A model generated the notes under the pieces. The model made no database searches. It was not told the origin of the DNA and saw nothing but the letters and a program-made list of their open reading frames with translations. The translations under genes and the position numbers were made by a program. From NCBI GenBank assembly GCA_031409275.1, contig JANNXA010000010.1:96001-160000 (forward strand): a DNA stretch of 64,000 bases, written 5' to 3'. Numbering within the stretch: the stretch's first letter is position 1; each line of letters opens with the position of its first letter. The stretch comes from Planctomycetota bacterium. Its GTDB lineage: Bacteria > Planctomycetota > B15-G4 > SIAN01. Shown piece by piece: positions 1 through 14,798 of this stretch.

Positions 1-478
1 GGCGCTGGTCGACGTCGCCCTGGTTCAGGTGCTCGCCAGCCGAAAGCTCGATGTCCTCGATGCCGGGGTACTCGGCGCCGCGCCCCTGGATCTCCACGTT
101 CTTCAGCGAGCGACCCGAGGCCACGGCTTCCAGCGTGCCGCCCAAGGTGCGCAGCGGATCGACGAATTCCGCCAACGTCAGCTCGGCGTGCAGCGCCTTG
201 TAATCGGCCAGCGTGATGCGCGGATTGCTGAGCGAATCGAGGAACGCCTGCAGGTCGGTGAGGATCTTGAGCTCGTCGACGCGACGCAGCGTGAAGACAT
301 TGGCGCCGGCGCCAACGACCTCGTCGCGCACGTACTGGTCCATGCCGTCGAGGACCGACACCACGGCGATGATCGACAGGATCGCGATGATCACGCACAG
401 GAGCGTGAGCGCGCTGCGCAGCTTCTGCGACCAGATCGCCGACAGCGCGATGCGGATGCCTTCGATCAGTGCGATCAC
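1..478 (-). CDS. ABC transporter permease, MacB/FtsX family (runs off the window edge)
   Basis: GTG start overlaps the stop of the ATPase gene (GTGA). Manual translation [45 protein letters not shown] is a typical MacB-type N-terminus. Absent from the ORF track because its stop lies outside the window. Confidence 0.85.
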   Translation of the reverse strand, partial: MIALIEGIRIALSAIWSQKLRSALTLLCVIIAILSIIAVVSVLDGMDQYVRDEVVGAGANVFTLRRVDELKILTDLQAFLDSLSNPRITLADYKALHAELTLAEFVDPLRTLGGTLEAVASGRSLKNVEIQGRGAEYPGIEDIELSAGEHLNQGDVDQR

Positions 479-1215
479 GGGCGACGCGTGTCCGATTCGA
501 TGCGGCCGTCGCGCACGCGAACGATGCGCGCCGCCCGCTTGCCGACCTCCGGGTCGTGGGTCACCAGCAGGATGGTGTTGCCGCCGGCGTGCAGCTGATC
601 GAACAGCTCGAGGATCTCCTTGCCGGTGCGGGAGTCGAGGTTGCCGGTCGGCTCGTCCGCCAGCAGGAGCGCCGGACGGTTCACCAGCGAGCGGGCGATC
701 GCGACGCGCTGCCGCTCGCCGCCCGAGAGCTCATTGGGCTTGTGGTTCGCACGCGCCTCCAGGCCGACCAGGCGCAGCAGTTCGAGCGCGCGTTCGCGCC
801 GCTCGGCCGCGCGGACCGCGGCGTAGACCAGCGGCAGCTCGACGTTGCGCAGCGCCGTCTGCCGCGCCAGCAGGTGGAAGGTCTGGAAGACGAATCCGAT
901 CTCGCGGTTGCGGATCTCGGCGAGCTCGTCCTCGGAGAGGCGGCTCACCTCCTGTTGGCGCAGCCAGTACTCGCCGCTGCTCGGGACGTCGAGGCAACCG
1001 ATCACGTTCATCAGCGTCGACTTGCCCGAACCGGACGGCCCCATGATCGCGACGTACTCGCCCTTCTTGATCTGCAGACTGACGTCGTCCATCGCGCGCA
1101 CCTGCTGCGCGCCGAGGTCGTAGACCTTGGAGAGGTGGCGAGCGTCGATGATCGAGTCGGGCGCGGGCGCGTTGCGGGATTCAGCCGACGGCGCGGCGGC
1201 CGCCGTCGCGCTCAC
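475..1215 (-). CDS. ABC transporter ATP-binding protein, LolD/MacB type
   Basis: Walker A GPSGSGKS, signature LSGGERQR, Walker [14 protein letters not shown]-loop VTHD. Confidence 0.95.
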   Translation of the reverse strand: MSATAAAAPSAESRNAPAPDSIIDARHLSKVYDLGAQQVRAMDDVSLQIKKGEYVAIMGPSGSGKSTLMNVIGCLDVPSSGEYWLRQQEVSRLSEDELAEIRNREIGFVFQTFHLLARQTALRNVELPLVYAAVRAAERRERALELLRLVGLEARANHKPNELSGGERQRVAIARSLVNRPALLLADEPTGNLDSRTGKEILELFDQLHAGGNTILLVTHDPEVGKRAARIVRVRDGRIESDTRRP

Positions 1216-2555
1216 GAATCAGCTCCCTCTTCCTTCTTCTTGGCGGCGCGCACCTTGTCGCCCTCTTTGAGCTCGCGCAACGACTTGAACGGGCCGACGA
1301 CGATCTCATCGCCCTCGCCGAGGCCCGACAGGAGTTCGAAGTCCTTCTCGCCGGTGATGCCGATGGTGACCGGCGTGAACCACGCCTTGCCTTCGCGCAC
1401 GACGAAGACGCCCTCGATCTTGCCCTCTTCGTTCTTGCGGCGCTTCGCCTGCGAACCGGTGAGGTGATCGGGGGTCGTGGCGGTCGCAGGACGCGGCCGG
1501 TCCGGCTCGGCGGCGAGCGCGACCGCGCTGTCATCGTGCGGCGCGCCGCTCTCCTTGCGCCACGCGCTCTCCGACTGCGGCTTGCGCAACGTCAGCGCCT
1601 GGATCGGCAGCGCCAGAGCGGAATCGCGTCCATCGGTCTGGATGCGGGCGCTGCAGGTCAGGCCCGGCCGAACGCCGGGAATCAGGTCATCGACGGCGAT
1701 CTTGACCAGGTAGCTCGTCCCTTCGCGCTCGGCGCCGGTCGCCTTGCTGACCGGGTTGTGGCCGACCTCGGTGACGACGCCGTGGAAGGCCCACTGGCGG
1801 TGGGCGTCGATCTCGAGCTCGGCGACCTGACCCGCCTTGGCCTGGATCGCCTCGGTCTCGTCGACCTCGACCTCCGCCTCGATGACGGTGAGGTCGGCGA
1901 CCGTCAGCAGGACCGTCGCCGGATTGTTGAAGGCGCCGACGAAGGCGTACTCGCCCGCTTCGATGTTGAGCGCCGTGACGGTGCCGCCGATGTCGGAGAG
2001 GACGTCGACCTTGGTCAGCTCGTGCTGCGCTTCGGCGAGGCTCGCTTCGAGGCGCGGGATCTCCGAATCGGTCGACTTGAGGCGCGCCTTCTCGACTTCG
2101 ACCTGCGTCCGTTCGCGATCGAGCTGCTCGGCGGTGACGAGCCCCTGTGCGGCGAGCCCTTCGCTGCGGCGCAACTGCGACTCGGACTGCTTCAGCTGAG
2201 CGTGCTGCAGCTCGATGTTGGCGCGCGCCGAATCGATCGACGCGTCGAGCTGCTGCACCTGCGTCTGGAACGGCTTGGGGTCGATCTTGAGGAGCGGTTG
2301 CCCCTTCTGGACGAGGTCGCCTTCGTGCACGAAGACCTCGAGCACCTTGCCGGAGACCGCCGCGCTGACGTCGACCATCGTCTTCGGCTTGATCCTGCCG
2401 GAGGCGGAGAGGACCGACTTCAACTCCTTGCGCTCGATGCGGCGGATCTCGACCTCGGTGACCTGCTTGGCATCGTGCGACTGCTTGGCTTGCCAGGCGA
2501 TCCCGCCGGACACGACGACGAAGACGGTCAACCAGATCTTGGTGCTCTTCTTCAA
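1212..2555 (-). CDS. Efflux periplasmic adaptor subunit (MacA/HlyD family)
   Basis: N-terminal TM segment, lipoyl half-motif VSGKVLEVFVHEGDLVQKGQPLLKID, coiled coil, C-terminal GLGEGDEIVVGP. In an operon with the ABC ATPase and permease. Confidence 0.9.
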   Translation of the reverse strand: MKKSTKIWLTVFVVVSGGIAWQAKQSHDAKQVTEVEIRRIERKELKSVLSASGRIKPKTMVDVSAAVSGKVLEVFVHEGDLVQKGQPLLKIDPKPFQTQVQQLDASIDSARANIELQHAQLKQSESQLRRSEGLAAQGLVTAEQLDRERTQVEVEKARLKSTDSEIPRLEASLAEAQHELTKVDVLSDIGGTVTALNIEAGEYAFVGAFNNPATVLLTVADLTVIEAEVEVDETEAIQAKAGQVAELEIDAHRQWAFHGVVTEVGHNPVSKATGAEREGTSYLVKIAVDDLIPGVRPGLTCSARIQTDGRDSALALPIQALTLRKPQSESAWRKESGAPHDDSAVALAAEPDRPRPATATTPDHLTGSQAKRRKNEEGKIEGVFVVREGKAWFTPVTIGITGEKDFELLSGLGEGDEIVVGPFKSLRELKEGDKVRAAKKKEEGADS

Positions 2556-2711
2556 GTCAGGCCCCTTCTCGCTCCGTGCCGCAGCGCCAAGTTGGCACGC
2601 CAGGAGTACGCGCGACAGCCCCCGGAGTTCGCCCGCCCCGGGAAAGTTGTACTCGACGCGTCGCGAACCTGCTCCGCTGGCAAGCGCTGGGCCGGGCGCC
2701 CGACGACCCGG

Positions 2712-3899
2712 CTACGCCCCCGCCCGCTCGAACTCGCAGGCGATGCCCATGCCGCCGCTGATGCAGAGCGTCGCGAGGCCGCGCCGCGCCCCGCGCCGCT
2801 TCATCTCATGGAGCAGCGTGACGGCGATCCGCGCGCCGGTGGCGCCGATCGGGTGGCCGAGCGCGATGGCGCCGCCGTTCACGTTCAGGCGCTCGCGTGG
2901 GAAATGTAGCTCACGGTCGCAGGCGATCACCTGCGCCGCGAACGCCTCGTTCAGCTCGATCAGGTCGAAGTCGCCGATGGCGAGCGAACGGCGCCTTAGC
3001 AGTTCCTGCACGGCCGGCACCGGCCCGATCCCCATCACTTCCGGATCGACCCCGCGCGCCACGTACTCACCGAGCCGCGCGAGCGGCACCAGGCCGCGCC
3101 GCTTCGCCTCGTCCGCGCTCATCAGCAACAGTGCCGCGGCGCCATCGGTGATGCCGCTCGAGTTCCCGGCGTGAACGGTGCCATCCTTCGCGAAGACGGG
3201 CGGCAATTTGGCCATCTGCGCCACGGTCACCCCGTCGCGCGGATGCTCGTCGCCGATGGCGACCGGACCGCTCTTGCTGTCGACGCTGAGCGGCGCGATC
3301 TCGTCGACGAAGCGGCCCGCCTTGCGCGCCGCCTCGCACTTTCCTTGCGACCAGGCGGCGAACTCGTCCTGCTCGACGCGGCTGATGGAAAGCTGGCGCG
3401 CGAGCGTCTCGGCGGTCGCCCCCATCGGTTTCTTCGCCATCGGGCAGTCGAAGCCGTCCTTGTACATCGCATCGACGACCGGCGCGTGACCGAGGCGGTA
3501 GCCGGTGCGAAAGCCCTCGAGCATGAAGGGCAGCCGGCTCATGCTCTCCGTGCCGCCAGCGACCGCGACGGCGACCTCGCCGCTGCGAACGCTCTCCGCG
3601 GCGAGCTGGATCGACTTCAGTCCCGAGCCGCACGCCATGTTCACGGTGTAGGCGGTCGCCGACTGCGGCAGTCCGCTCTTGCAGAGGATCTGGCGCGCGA
3701 CGTTCGGACCGCCGCCCGCCTGTCGGCCGTTTCCGAAGATGAGCTCGCCCACATCGGCCGCCGCGACGCCCGATTGCACCAGCAACGCCTTCACGACGTG
3801 GATGCCGAGTTCGGCCGCGGTCAGGCCCGAAAGGCCGCCGAGGTACTTGCCGATCGGGGTGCGCAGCGCGTGGGTGATGACGACGGCGGGGGCGGCCAT
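2712..3899 (-). CDS. Acetyl-CoA acetyltransferase (thiolase)
   Basis: NMACGSG catalytic Cys, NEAF, GHPIGATG, CISGG. Start trimmed to ATG of MAAPAVVITHALRTPIG. Confidence 0.95.
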   Translation of the reverse strand: MAAPAVVITHALRTPIGKYLGGLSGLTAAELGIHVVKALLVQSGVAAADVGELIFGNGRQAGGGPNVARQILCKSGLPQSATAYTVNMACGSGLKSIQLAAESVRSGEVAVAVAGGTESMSRLPFMLEGFRTGYRLGHAPVVDAMYKDGFDCPMAKKPMGATAETLARQLSISRVEQDEFAAWSQGKCEAARKAGRFVDEIAPLSVDSKSGPVAIGDEHPRDGVTVAQMAKLPPVFAKDGTVHAGNSSGITDGAAALLLMSADEAKRRGLVPLARLGEYVARGVDPEVMGIGPVPAVQELLRRRSLAIGDFDLIELNEAFAAQVIACDRELHFPRERLNVNGGAIALGHPIGATGARIAVTLLHEMKRRGARRGLATLCISGGMGIACEFERAGA

Positions 3900-4015
3900 G
3901 ACGATCCTCGCGGGAACGGAGGCGGGGCATGGTAGCGCTGCTCCGAGCTTCCTCCGGGCGAACCGCGGCCCGAATCTCCTGCGCGGCACCAACGCGCTAA
4001 GTTGGCCGCCCCACC

Positions 4016-5356
4016 ATGGACCTGAATGCCACCCCGACTGGCGCGGCCACCAGCCCGCGTCCGCGGCACCGGATGTCTCCTTCCACCGTGGCCGTGCTCG
4101 CCTACGCGATTGCGGCCTGCACGGGGGCACTGCTCTTCCAGCTCGACGCGCTGAACCTCCGCGCACCGCTGAGCTTCGTCGACGCCTTGTTCCTCGCCGC
4201 GTCTGCGGTCTGCGTGACGGGCCTCGCACCGGTGGCCGACCTGCCGGCGCAACTCTCCCCGCTCGGCGAAGGGGTGCTGCTGTTCCTGGTGCAGCTCGGT
4301 GGCATCGGCATCGTGCTGCTCGGCGCGCTATTGCTGCGCGTGCTCGGTCGCCGCGTCGGCTCGCGCCACTCGGCGGCGATCGCCGAAAGCTATGGCGACC
4401 ACAGCGCGCTGCCGCTCGACCTGCTGCGCGACGTCGTCGCGACGACACTCGCGATCGAGGGGCTCGGCGCGTTGGCGCTCGCATGGTTCTGGCGCGACCT
4501 CGATGCGGGCGGCTGGCACGCGCTCTTCCACGCCGTCTCCGCCTTCTGCAACGCCGGCTTCTGCACCTTCTCCGATGGACTCGAAGCGCATGCGCCTCCG
4601 GCCGGCGCCGGCGCGGTGCTGCTGCTGTTGGTGGTTGCCGGAGGCCTGGGCTTCAACGTGCTGCGCGAACTGCTGCGACGGCCCTGGAGCGACGGCAAGC
4701 CGCTCTCGCTCCACGCGCGTCTGGTCGTGCGCCTTTCGGCATTCCTGATCATCGGCGGCGCGATCGCGCTGTTCGCCTGCGACCGCCAGCAAGGAGCCTG
4801 GCACGCGCTGTTCCTGTCGGTGAGCGCGCGCACCGCCGGTTTCCAGCTCGATGACCTGGCGTGGGCCGGCGCGCCGACGCTGCTGGTGCTGCTCGCACTG
4901 ATGGTGATCGGCGCCTCGCCCTCTTCGACTGGCGGCGGCATCAAGACCACCAACGTCGCGGTCTTCCTGCGCCGCATCCTCACGCAGATGCGCGGCGGCG
5001 ACGACGTCGTCTTCGGCGATCGCGCGCTGCATGACTCGCAAGTGCGCCAGATCATCGCGCTGACCGCGAGCTACATCGGGATGCTGCTGCTGTTCGTCTT
5101 CGCGCTCGCGTGTGTGGTGCCGAAGCCGGCCGATCCGCGCGGCTTCCTCGCGCTGCTGTTCGAAACGGGCTCGGCGCTCGGCACCGTCGGCCTCTCGACC
5201 GGACTGTCGTGGACGGCGCCGACCTCCGCCAAGCTGATCCTCACGCTCGCCATGCTGGCGGGACGCGTCGGCCCATTGACCCTGCTGCTCTTCGTCGGCG
5301 GGCAGGCGCGCCCTTCCGTGCTCCGCTTCCCGCGCGAACGCCTCCACCTCGGATGA
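4016..5356 (+). CDS. ktrB: Trk/Ktr potassium uptake membrane subunit
   Basis: Four pore-loop motifs VCVTGL, FCNAGF, RTAGF, GTVGLS, plus STGGGIK and MLAGRVGPLT. Confidence 0.9.
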   Translation: MDLNATPTGAATSPRPRHRMSPSTVAVLAYAIAACTGALLFQLDALNLRAPLSFVDALFLAASAVCVTGLAPVADLPAQLSPLGEGVLLFLVQLGGIGIVLLGALLLRVLGRRVGSRHSAAIAESYGDHSALPLDLLRDVVATTLAIEGLGALALAWFWRDLDAGGWHALFHAVSAFCNAGFCTFSDGLEAHAPPAGAGAVLLLLVVAGGLGFNVLRELLRRPWSDGKPLSLHARLVVRLSAFLIIGGAIALFACDRQQGAWHALFLSVSARTAGFQLDDLAWAGAPTLLVLLALMVIGASPSSTGGGIKTTNVAVFLRRILTQMRGGDDVVFGDRALHDSQVRQIIALTASYIGMLLLFVFALACVVPKPADPRGFLALLFETGSALGTVGLSTGLSWTAPTSAKLILTLAMLAGRVGPLTLLLFVGGQARPSVLRFPRERLHLG

Positions 5357-5366
5357 CCTTGTCGCC

Positions 5367-6026
5367 ATGAAGACCGTGCTCGTCCTCGGCCTCGACTCCT
5401 TCGGCTCGACGCTGGCGAACTCGCTGGCCGAGCACGGCGTGGAAGTGCTGGTCGCCGACTTCGACGAGGAGGTCGTGCAGCGGGCGCGCGATCGCTACGC
5501 GCTGGCGGTCGTCGCCGACGCGCGCGATCGCGAGGCGCTGACCGAGCTCTGCTCGCGTCAGCCCGACCTCGCCGTGGTGAGCCTCGGGCCGCACATCGAG
5601 GCGAGCGTGCTCTCGACGCTGCTGCTGAAGGAGCTGGGCGTGCCGCAGATCCTCGCCTGCGCGCGCAACGACGACCACGAGAAGGTGCTGCGCAAGGTCG
5701 GCGCCGATCGCGTGGTGCAGCCGGTCACCGAATCGGCGGAGCGCATGGCCCGCTCGCTGGCGTCGAAGAACCTGGTCGACTTCGTCCTCGTCGGCGAGGA
5801 CTTCGCCATCGTCGAGCTGCCGGTGCCGGCGTCGTGGGTCGAGAAGTCGCTGAAGGAGCTCGACCTGCGCCGCCGCTTCAAGGTGACGGCCATCGCGGTC
5901 AAGTCGCACGACAAGGACGGCACCGAGCACGTCGCCGCGCCCGACCCCGACCGCGAGCTGGCACCGAGCGAGTCGCTGCTGCTGATCGGCTTGACCAAGG
6001 ACCTCGCGAAGCTCGAGAAGCGGTGA
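5367..6026 (+). CDS. ktrA: Trk/Ktr RCK regulatory subunit
   Basis: TrkA_N Rossmann domain plus TrkA_C, with KVGADRVVQP. Directly follows ktrB. Confidence 0.88.
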   Translation: MKTVLVLGLDSFGSTLANSLAEHGVEVLVADFDEEVVQRARDRYALAVVADARDREALTELCSRQPDLAVVSLGPHIEASVLSTLLLKELGVPQILACARNDDHEKVLRKVGADRVVQPVTESAERMARSLASKNLVDFVLVGEDFAIVELPVPASWVEKSLKELDLRRRFKVTAIAVKSHDKDGTEHVAAPDPDRELAPSESLLLIGLTKDLAKLEKR

Positions 6027-6085
6027 GGCGCCGGCCCCGGCCCGGCCCGGCTCGCTCGGCCGGCCGCGAGCCAGCCGGCGACCGG

Positions 6086-7258
6086 TCAGTAGCCGAGCCC
6101 TTCCTGCACCAGCGAGCGGCTGATCACCAGCCGCTGGATCTCGCTGGTCCCCTCGCCGATGGTGCAGAGCTTGGCGTCGCGGAACATCCGCTCGACGTGG
6201 TACTCGCGCGTGTAGCCGTAGCCGCCGTGGATCTGGATCGCGTCGGAAGTGACGCGCATCGCCATCTCGCTGGCGAAGAGCTTCGCCATCGCCGCCTCGC
6301 GCGCGAACGGCTGGCCGGCGTCCTTCAGGCGGGCGGCCTGGTGGATCAGGTGGCGTGCCGCCTCGATCTGCGTGTTCATGTCGGCGAGCTTGAAGGCGAT
6401 CGCCTGGTGGGTCGCGATCTCCTTGCCGAAGGTCTTGCGCTCCTTGGCGTAGCGCAACGAGCAGGCGAGCGCCCCTTCGGCCAGACCGAGCGCCATCGCG
6501 CCGATCACGATGCGCCCGCGATCGAGCGTCTTCATGAAGAACTTGAAGCCCTCCCCTTCGGGGCCGAGGCGCTGCGCCGCCGGCACGCGGCAGCCGTCGA
6601 AGAAGATCGGCCGCGAATCGGAGGAGTGCAGCCCGAGCTTCTTTTCCGGCTCGCCGATGGCGAAGCCGGGCACGCCGCGGCGCACGAGGAAGGCGCTGAT
6701 GCCGTCGGAGCCGCGGCCCGCGCTGGTGCGCGCCGTGACGACGAAGCTGCCCGCGTAGCCCGCGTTGGTGATCCAGCTCTTCTGGCCCGACAGCACGTAG
6801 GAGTCGCCGTCGCGCGTCGCCGTGGTCTTGGTCGCGCCCGAGTCGGAGCCCGCCTGCGGTTCGGTCAAGGCGAAGCTGCCGAGGTACTTGCCGCTGGCGA
6901 GGTCGGGCACGAACTCGCGCTTCTGCTCCTCGGTGCCGAAATCGACGATCGGCATGGTGCCAAGCGACGTGTGCGCGGCGAGCGTCAACGCGAGCGATCC
7001 GGAGACCTTGGCGATCTCCTCGACGGTCAGCAGGTAGCACATCGTGCTCATGCCGGCCCCGCCGTAGGCCTCGGGCACCGGAATCCCGAGGAACCCCATC
7101 TCGGCAAGCTCGGCGACCAGCTCCGCGTGGAAGCGGCAGGCGTGATCGCGCTCGAGCTCGCCCGGCAGCACGCGATCCTGCGCGAAGCGGCGTATGGTGT
7201 CGCGCAGCATCACCTCGTCGTCGGTGAGTGCCGAAGGGCCGTTGGCGGTCGTTTCCAT
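6086..7258 (-). CDS. Acyl-CoA dehydrogenase (short/branched-chain type)
   Basis: FALTEPQAGSD, KSWITN, QIHGGYGY, IGEGTSEIQR. Confidence 0.95.
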   Translation of the reverse strand: METTANGPSALTDDEVMLRDTIRRFAQDRVLPGELERDHACRFHAELVAELAEMGFLGIPVPEAYGGAGMSTMCYLLTVEEIAKVSGSLALTLAAHTSLGTMPIVDFGTEEQKREFVPDLASGKYLGSFALTEPQAGSDSGATKTTATRDGDSYVLSGQKSWITNAGYAGSFVVTARTSAGRGSDGISAFLVRRGVPGFAIGEPEKKLGLHSSDSRPIFFDGCRVPAAQRLGPEGEGFKFFMKTLDRGRIVIGAMALGLAEGALACSLRYAKERKTFGKEIATHQAIAFKLADMNTQIEAARHLIHQAARLKDAGQPFAREAAMAKLFASEMAMRVTSDAIQIHGGYGYTREYHVERMFRDAKLCTIGEGTSEIQRLVISRSLVQEGLGY

Positions 7259-7325
7259 GAGATCCTCGTCTGGCTGCGAGCCGCGAACCGCGCGCTCGAG
7301 ATGCCGCGCTCACGATGTCGTTGCG

Positions 7326-7661
7326 TCAGTCTTCCTCGGCCTCGAACGCTCCGCCAGCGCCGCGAGTCCCGGTCTTGCGCACCGCGGCACGCGGAGTCGA
7401 CGGCGCAGCGGCGGCCGCGGCGGGCGCCGGCTCTTCCTCGACGCGATCCTCGAGGTCGAGGAAGTCGCGACTCAAACTCTTGCCGATCCACCCCTCGAGC
7501 GCGCGCCGCGAGAACTTCCATTCGCGGCCGACCTTGCGGCCCGGCATCTCGCCCGCGCGCAGCACGCGCTGGAACGTCTTGGTCGACACGCCGAGGTAGG
7601 CGGCCGCCTCGTCGATGTTGAGGATCTCACGCTGCGGATCGGGCAGTTCAGATGCCGGCAC
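7326..7661 (-). CDS. Excisionase-like (HTH_17) DNA-binding protein
   Basis: ILNIDEAAAYLGVSTKTFQRVLRAGEMPGRKVGREWKFSR is a classic HTH_17 pattern. GTG start chosen at 7661, 1 nt after the upstream gene's stop. Confidence 0.8.
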   Translation of the reverse strand: MPASELPDPQREILNIDEAAAYLGVSTKTFQRVLRAGEMPGRKVGREWKFSRRALEGWIGKSLSRDFLDLEDRVEEEPAPAAAAAAPSTPRAAVRKTGTRGAGGAFEAEED

Positions 7662-7662
7662 T

Positions 7663-8094
<432 letters not shown>

Positions 8095-8101
8095 CGCCGG
8101 C

Positions 8102-11100
8102 TCACAGCGAGCGGCGGTAGCGACCGCCGACTGCATAGAGCGCCTCGCTGATCTGCCCGAGCGACGCCACTCGCACCGTCTCCATCAGCTCGGCGAAGAC
8201 GTTGCCGCCATCGAGCGCGATCTTCTGCAGCCGCTTCAGCGCGGCCGGCGCCTGCGCGGCGTGGCGGCGCTGGAAGTCGCGCAGCCGCGCGATCTGGTCG
8301 TCCTTCTCGGCCGAGCTGGCGCGGGCGAGCGGGATCTCGACCGGCGCGGCGCTCACGGCGGCGGCGCCCTCGAGGTCGTTGGGCCGCTCGAAGCAGTTGA
8401 CGCCGACGATCGGCAGCTCGCCCGAGTCCTTCTTCAGCTCGTAGAGGAGCGACTCCTCCTGGATCCGGCCGCGCTGGTAGTGCGTCTCCATCGCGCCGAG
8501 CACGCCGCCACGTTCGTGGAGGCGCTCGAACTCGCGCAGCACCGCCTCCTCGACGAGGTCGGTCAGCTCCTGGGTCAGGAACGACCCCTGCAGCGGGTTC
8601 TCGTTCTTCGTCACGCCGAACTCGCGTTGGATGATCATCTGGATCGCCATCGCGCGACGGACCGACTCCTCGGTCGGCGTCGTGATCGCCTCGTCGTAGG
8701 CGTTGGTGTGGAGCGAGTTGCACTGGTCGTAGATCGCCGTCAACGCCTGCAGCGTGGTCCGGATGTCGTTGAAGTCGATCTCCATCGCGTGCAGCGACCG
8801 GCCCGACGTCTGGATGTGGTACTTGAACTTCTGGCCGCGATCCGAGGCGCCGTAGAGGTTCTTCAGCGCCACGCTCCAGATGCGGCGCGCGACGCGTCCC
8901 ATCACCGAGTACTCGGGATCGAGCCCGTTGCTGAAGAAGAAGCTCAGGTTGTGCGCGAAGGCGTCGATGGGCAGGCCGCGCGAGAGGTAGTACTCGACGA
9001 AGGTGAAGCCGTTGGCCAGCGTGAAGGCGAGCTGGCTGATCGGATTGGCGCCAGCCTCGGCGATGTGGTAGCCGCTGATCGACACCGAATAGAAGTTGCG
9101 CACGTCGGACTTCGTGAAGAACTCCTGCACGTCGCCCATCAGTTTCAGGCTGAAGTCGGTGCTGTAGATGCAGGTGTTCTGCGCCTGGTCCTCCTTCAGG
9201 ATGTCGGCCTGCACCGTGCCGCGCACCACCTTCAGGACCGCCCCGGCGAGCTTCGCGCGCTCCTCCTCGCTGACCTTGCGGCCGAGCTTGCTCGCCTGCG
9301 CGTCGCACTGCTGCTCGATCGCGGCGTTCAGGAAGAAGGCCAGCACGATCGGCGCCGGTCCGTTGATGGTCATCGACACCGAGGTGTTGGCGTCGCAGAG
9401 GTCGAACCCCTGCATCAGCACCTGCATGTCCTCGAGCGTGCAGATCGAGACGCCGCCCTCGCCGATCTTCCCGTAGATGTCGGGCCGCTCCTCGGGGTCC
9501 TCGCCGTACAGCGTGACCGAGTCGAAGGCCACCGAGAGGCGCTTCGCCGCATCGTGGCGCGAGAGGTAGTGGAAGCGCTTGTTGGTGCGCGCAGGGCCGC
9601 CCTCGCCGGCGAACTGGCGACGCGGCTCCTCGTCCTGGCGCTTGAAGGGGTAGATGCCGGCCGTGTACGGGAAGCGACCCGGCAACCCTTCGAGCCGGAA
9701 GAAGCGCAGCAGGTCACCGTCGTCGGAAAGGCGCGGCAGCGCGACCCTCGGAATCGTCGAGCCCGACAACGAGAGCGTCGAGAGCTTCACCGCGTGCGGC
9801 TTGCCGCGCACTTCGTAGCGGTAGTCATCGCCCTTGTACTTCTCGAGCTCGGCCTTCTCCGCGGCCAGCAGATCCTGCGCCTCGCGCGACGCGGCGGCGC
9901 GTTCGCTCGCGACCTTGGCGGCGAGCGCCGTGGTGGTCGCGGCGGCCGCCGGCGTCGCGTCGGCGGCGAACTGAGCGCGCGCCTTGTCGAGCGCCTGGAT
10001 CTGCGAAAGCTGCTTCGCCTCGTCCTCGGTGCGGCGGCGGTAGCCACGGATCGCGCGAACGATCTCGCCGAGGTAGCCGACGCGATCGGGCGGCAGCAGA
10101 TGCGCCTTCGCGGCCGGAGCGGGCGGCAGCGCCGGCGGCTGCTGGAACAGCCCGAAGCGGGCGCGCAGCAGATCGGCCAACGCGCTGAACAGGCGATTCA
10201 CGCCCGGATCGTTGAAGCGGCTGGCCACCGTCATGAAGGCCGGCATCGACTCGTCGGTGACCGTGTCGGGCCGCTGGCCGGGGGCAAGCGCCCGCGTGCG
10301 GCGCAGCTGGCGACGCACATCGCGCAGCGCATCCTCGGCGCCGCGGCGATCGGCCTTGTTGATGACCACGAGGTCCGCGAGGTCGAGCATGTCGATCTTC
10401 TCGAGCTGGCTCGGCGCGCCGAACTCCGGCGTCATCACGTACATCGACGCGTCGGTGAAATCGACGATCGCCGAGTCGCCCTGGCCAATGCCGCTGGTCT
10501 CGACCAGGCAGAGATCGAAGCCTTGCGCCTCGAGGACGGCGAGCGCCCCGGAAAGCGCCGCCGAGACCTCGCTCTGGCTGCCGCGCGTGGCGAGGCTGCG
10601 CACGTAGACGTTCTGCGATTCGATGCCGTTCAAGCGGATGCGGTCCGCCAGGAGCGCGCCACCGGTCACGCGCTTGCTGGGATCGATCAGCACCAGCGCC
10701 AGCTTCAGGTTCGGTTCGGCGAAGCGGATGCGGCGGACCAGCTCGTCGGTGAGGCTCGACTTGCCGGCGCCACCGGTGCCGGTGATGCCCAGCACCGGCA
10801 TCTTCTTGGTGCGCGCGACGGTCGCCTTGCCGCTCTGCGCGGCGCGCTCGACGGCGGTGATCGCCCGCGCGATCGTGGCGTCGCGGATCGCGGCGACGTC
10901 CTTCCCCTTCGGCGGCGGCAGCGCGAGGGTGTCGTAGCGACACGTCGCGATCATCTCCTGCGCGATGCCGATCATCCCGAGCCGACGGCCATCCTGCGGC
11001 GAGTAGATGCGGGTGACGCCGTACTTCTCGAGCTCCGCGATCTCGCGCGCGACGATGACGCCGCCGCCGCCGCCGTAGACCTTGACGTGGCCGGCGCCGC

Positions 11101-11425
11101 GTTCGCGCAACAGGTCGAGCACGTACTTGAAGTACTCGTTGTGGCCGCCCTGATACGAGGAGAGCGCGATGCCTTGCGCGTCCTCCTGCAGCGCCGCGCG
11201 CACCACTTCCATCGCGCTGCGATTGTGGCCGAGGTGGATCACTTCGGCGCCTTCGCGCACCAGCAGCCGGCGCACGATGTTGATCGAGGCGTCGTGGCCA
11301 TCGAAGAGCGCGGCCGCCGTGACGAAGCGGACCGGGATCGGCGGCGCGTCGCCGCCCGACGCGGCCTCGAGAGCGCCCGGCTGGCTCGCCGGCCTGGGCG
11401 CGGTGACGTGGGTCGGAAGGTTCAT
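8102..11425 (-). CDS. icmF: Fused isobutyryl-CoA mutase / G-protein chaperone
   Basis: N-terminal B12 domain ([10 protein letters not shown]), MeaI GTPase ([20 protein letters not shown]) and mutase barrel ([34 protein letters not shown]). 1107 aa. Confidence 0.95.
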   Translation of the reverse strand: MNLPTHVTAPRPASQPGALEAASGGDAPPIPVRFVTAAALFDGHDASINIVRRLLVREGAEVIHLGHNRSAMEVVRAALQEDAQGIALSSYQGGHNEYFKYVLDLLRERGAGHVKVYGGGGGVIVAREIAELEKYGVTRIYSPQDGRRLGMIGIAQEMIATCRYDTLALPPPKGKDVAAIRDATIARAITAVERAAQSGKATVARTKKMPVLGITGTGGAGKSSLTDELVRRIRFAEPNLKLALVLIDPSKRVTGGALLADRIRLNGIESQNVYVRSLATRGSQSEVSAALSGALAVLEAQGFDLCLVETSGIGQGDSAIVDFTDASMYVMTPEFGAPSQLEKIDMLDLADLVVINKADRRGAEDALRDVRRQLRRTRALAPGQRPDTVTDESMPAFMTVASRFNDPGVNRLFSALADLLRARFGLFQQPPALPPAPAAKAHLLPPDRVGYLGEIVRAIRGYRRRTEDEAKQLSQIQALDKARAQFAADATPAAAATTTALAAKVASERAAASREAQDLLAAEKAELEKYKGDDYRYEVRGKPHAVKLSTLSLSGSTIPRVALPRLSDDGDLLRFFRLEGLPGRFPYTAGIYPFKRQDEEPRRQFAGEGGPARTNKRFHYLSRHDAAKRLSVAFDSVTLYGEDPEERPDIYGKIGEGGVSICTLEDMQVLMQGFDLCDANTSVSMTINGPAPIVLAFFLNAAIEQQCDAQASKLGRKVSEEERAKLAGAVLKVVRGTVQADILKEDQAQNTCIYSTDFSLKLMGDVQEFFTKSDVRNFYSVSISGYHIAEAGANPISQLAFTLANGFTFVEYYLSRGLPIDAFAHNLSFFFSNGLDPEYSVMGRVARRIWSVALKNLYGASDRGQKFKYHIQTSGRSLHAMEIDFNDIRTTLQALTAIYDQCNSLHTNAYDEAITTPTEESVRRAMAIQMIIQREFGVTKNENPLQGSFLTQELTDLVEEAVLREFERLHERGGVLGAMETHYQRGRIQEESLLYELKKDSGELPIVGVNCFERPNDLEGAAAVSAAPVEIPLARASSAEKDDQIARLRDFQRRHAAQAPAALKRLQKIALDGGNVFAELMETVRVASLGQISEALYAVGGRYRRSL

Positions 11426-11567
11426 GAGGAGGGGCGTCCGCGGGCGATCGCAGCGACGACGTCGCCACGAGCACCCGAGGCTCGCGCCGAGTCGTCTGCC
11501 AGGAAGATCGCCGCGCTTTATACAGCAGTCGTCGGACGCAGGCGGCCCGCGCGACCGCCCGCCGAAC

Positions 11568-14708
<3,141 letters not shown>

Positions 14709-14798
14709 GGGTGACTCCAGCCCGCGACCGCGCGCAGGGCCTTGGAGTTATGCGGCACGCTTCGCCAAGCAACAAGACGTGACGCCGCGCGCGACGTC

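Noticed and set aside
6027..6085. GGCCC-type short repeats between ktrA and the ACAD gene
   Set aside because: A GC-rich imperfect hairpin between convergent genes; at most a terminator-like structure, too weak to call.
7326..7661. Excisionase as evidence of a prophage or ICE
   Set aside because: No integrase, att-like repeat, tRNA or phage gene nearby; it sits among metabolic genes.
11426..11567. Cobalamin riboswitch upstream of icmF
   Set aside because: No recognisable B12-box or conserved core; only a possible -10 (TATAAA) and a GC hairpin are visible.
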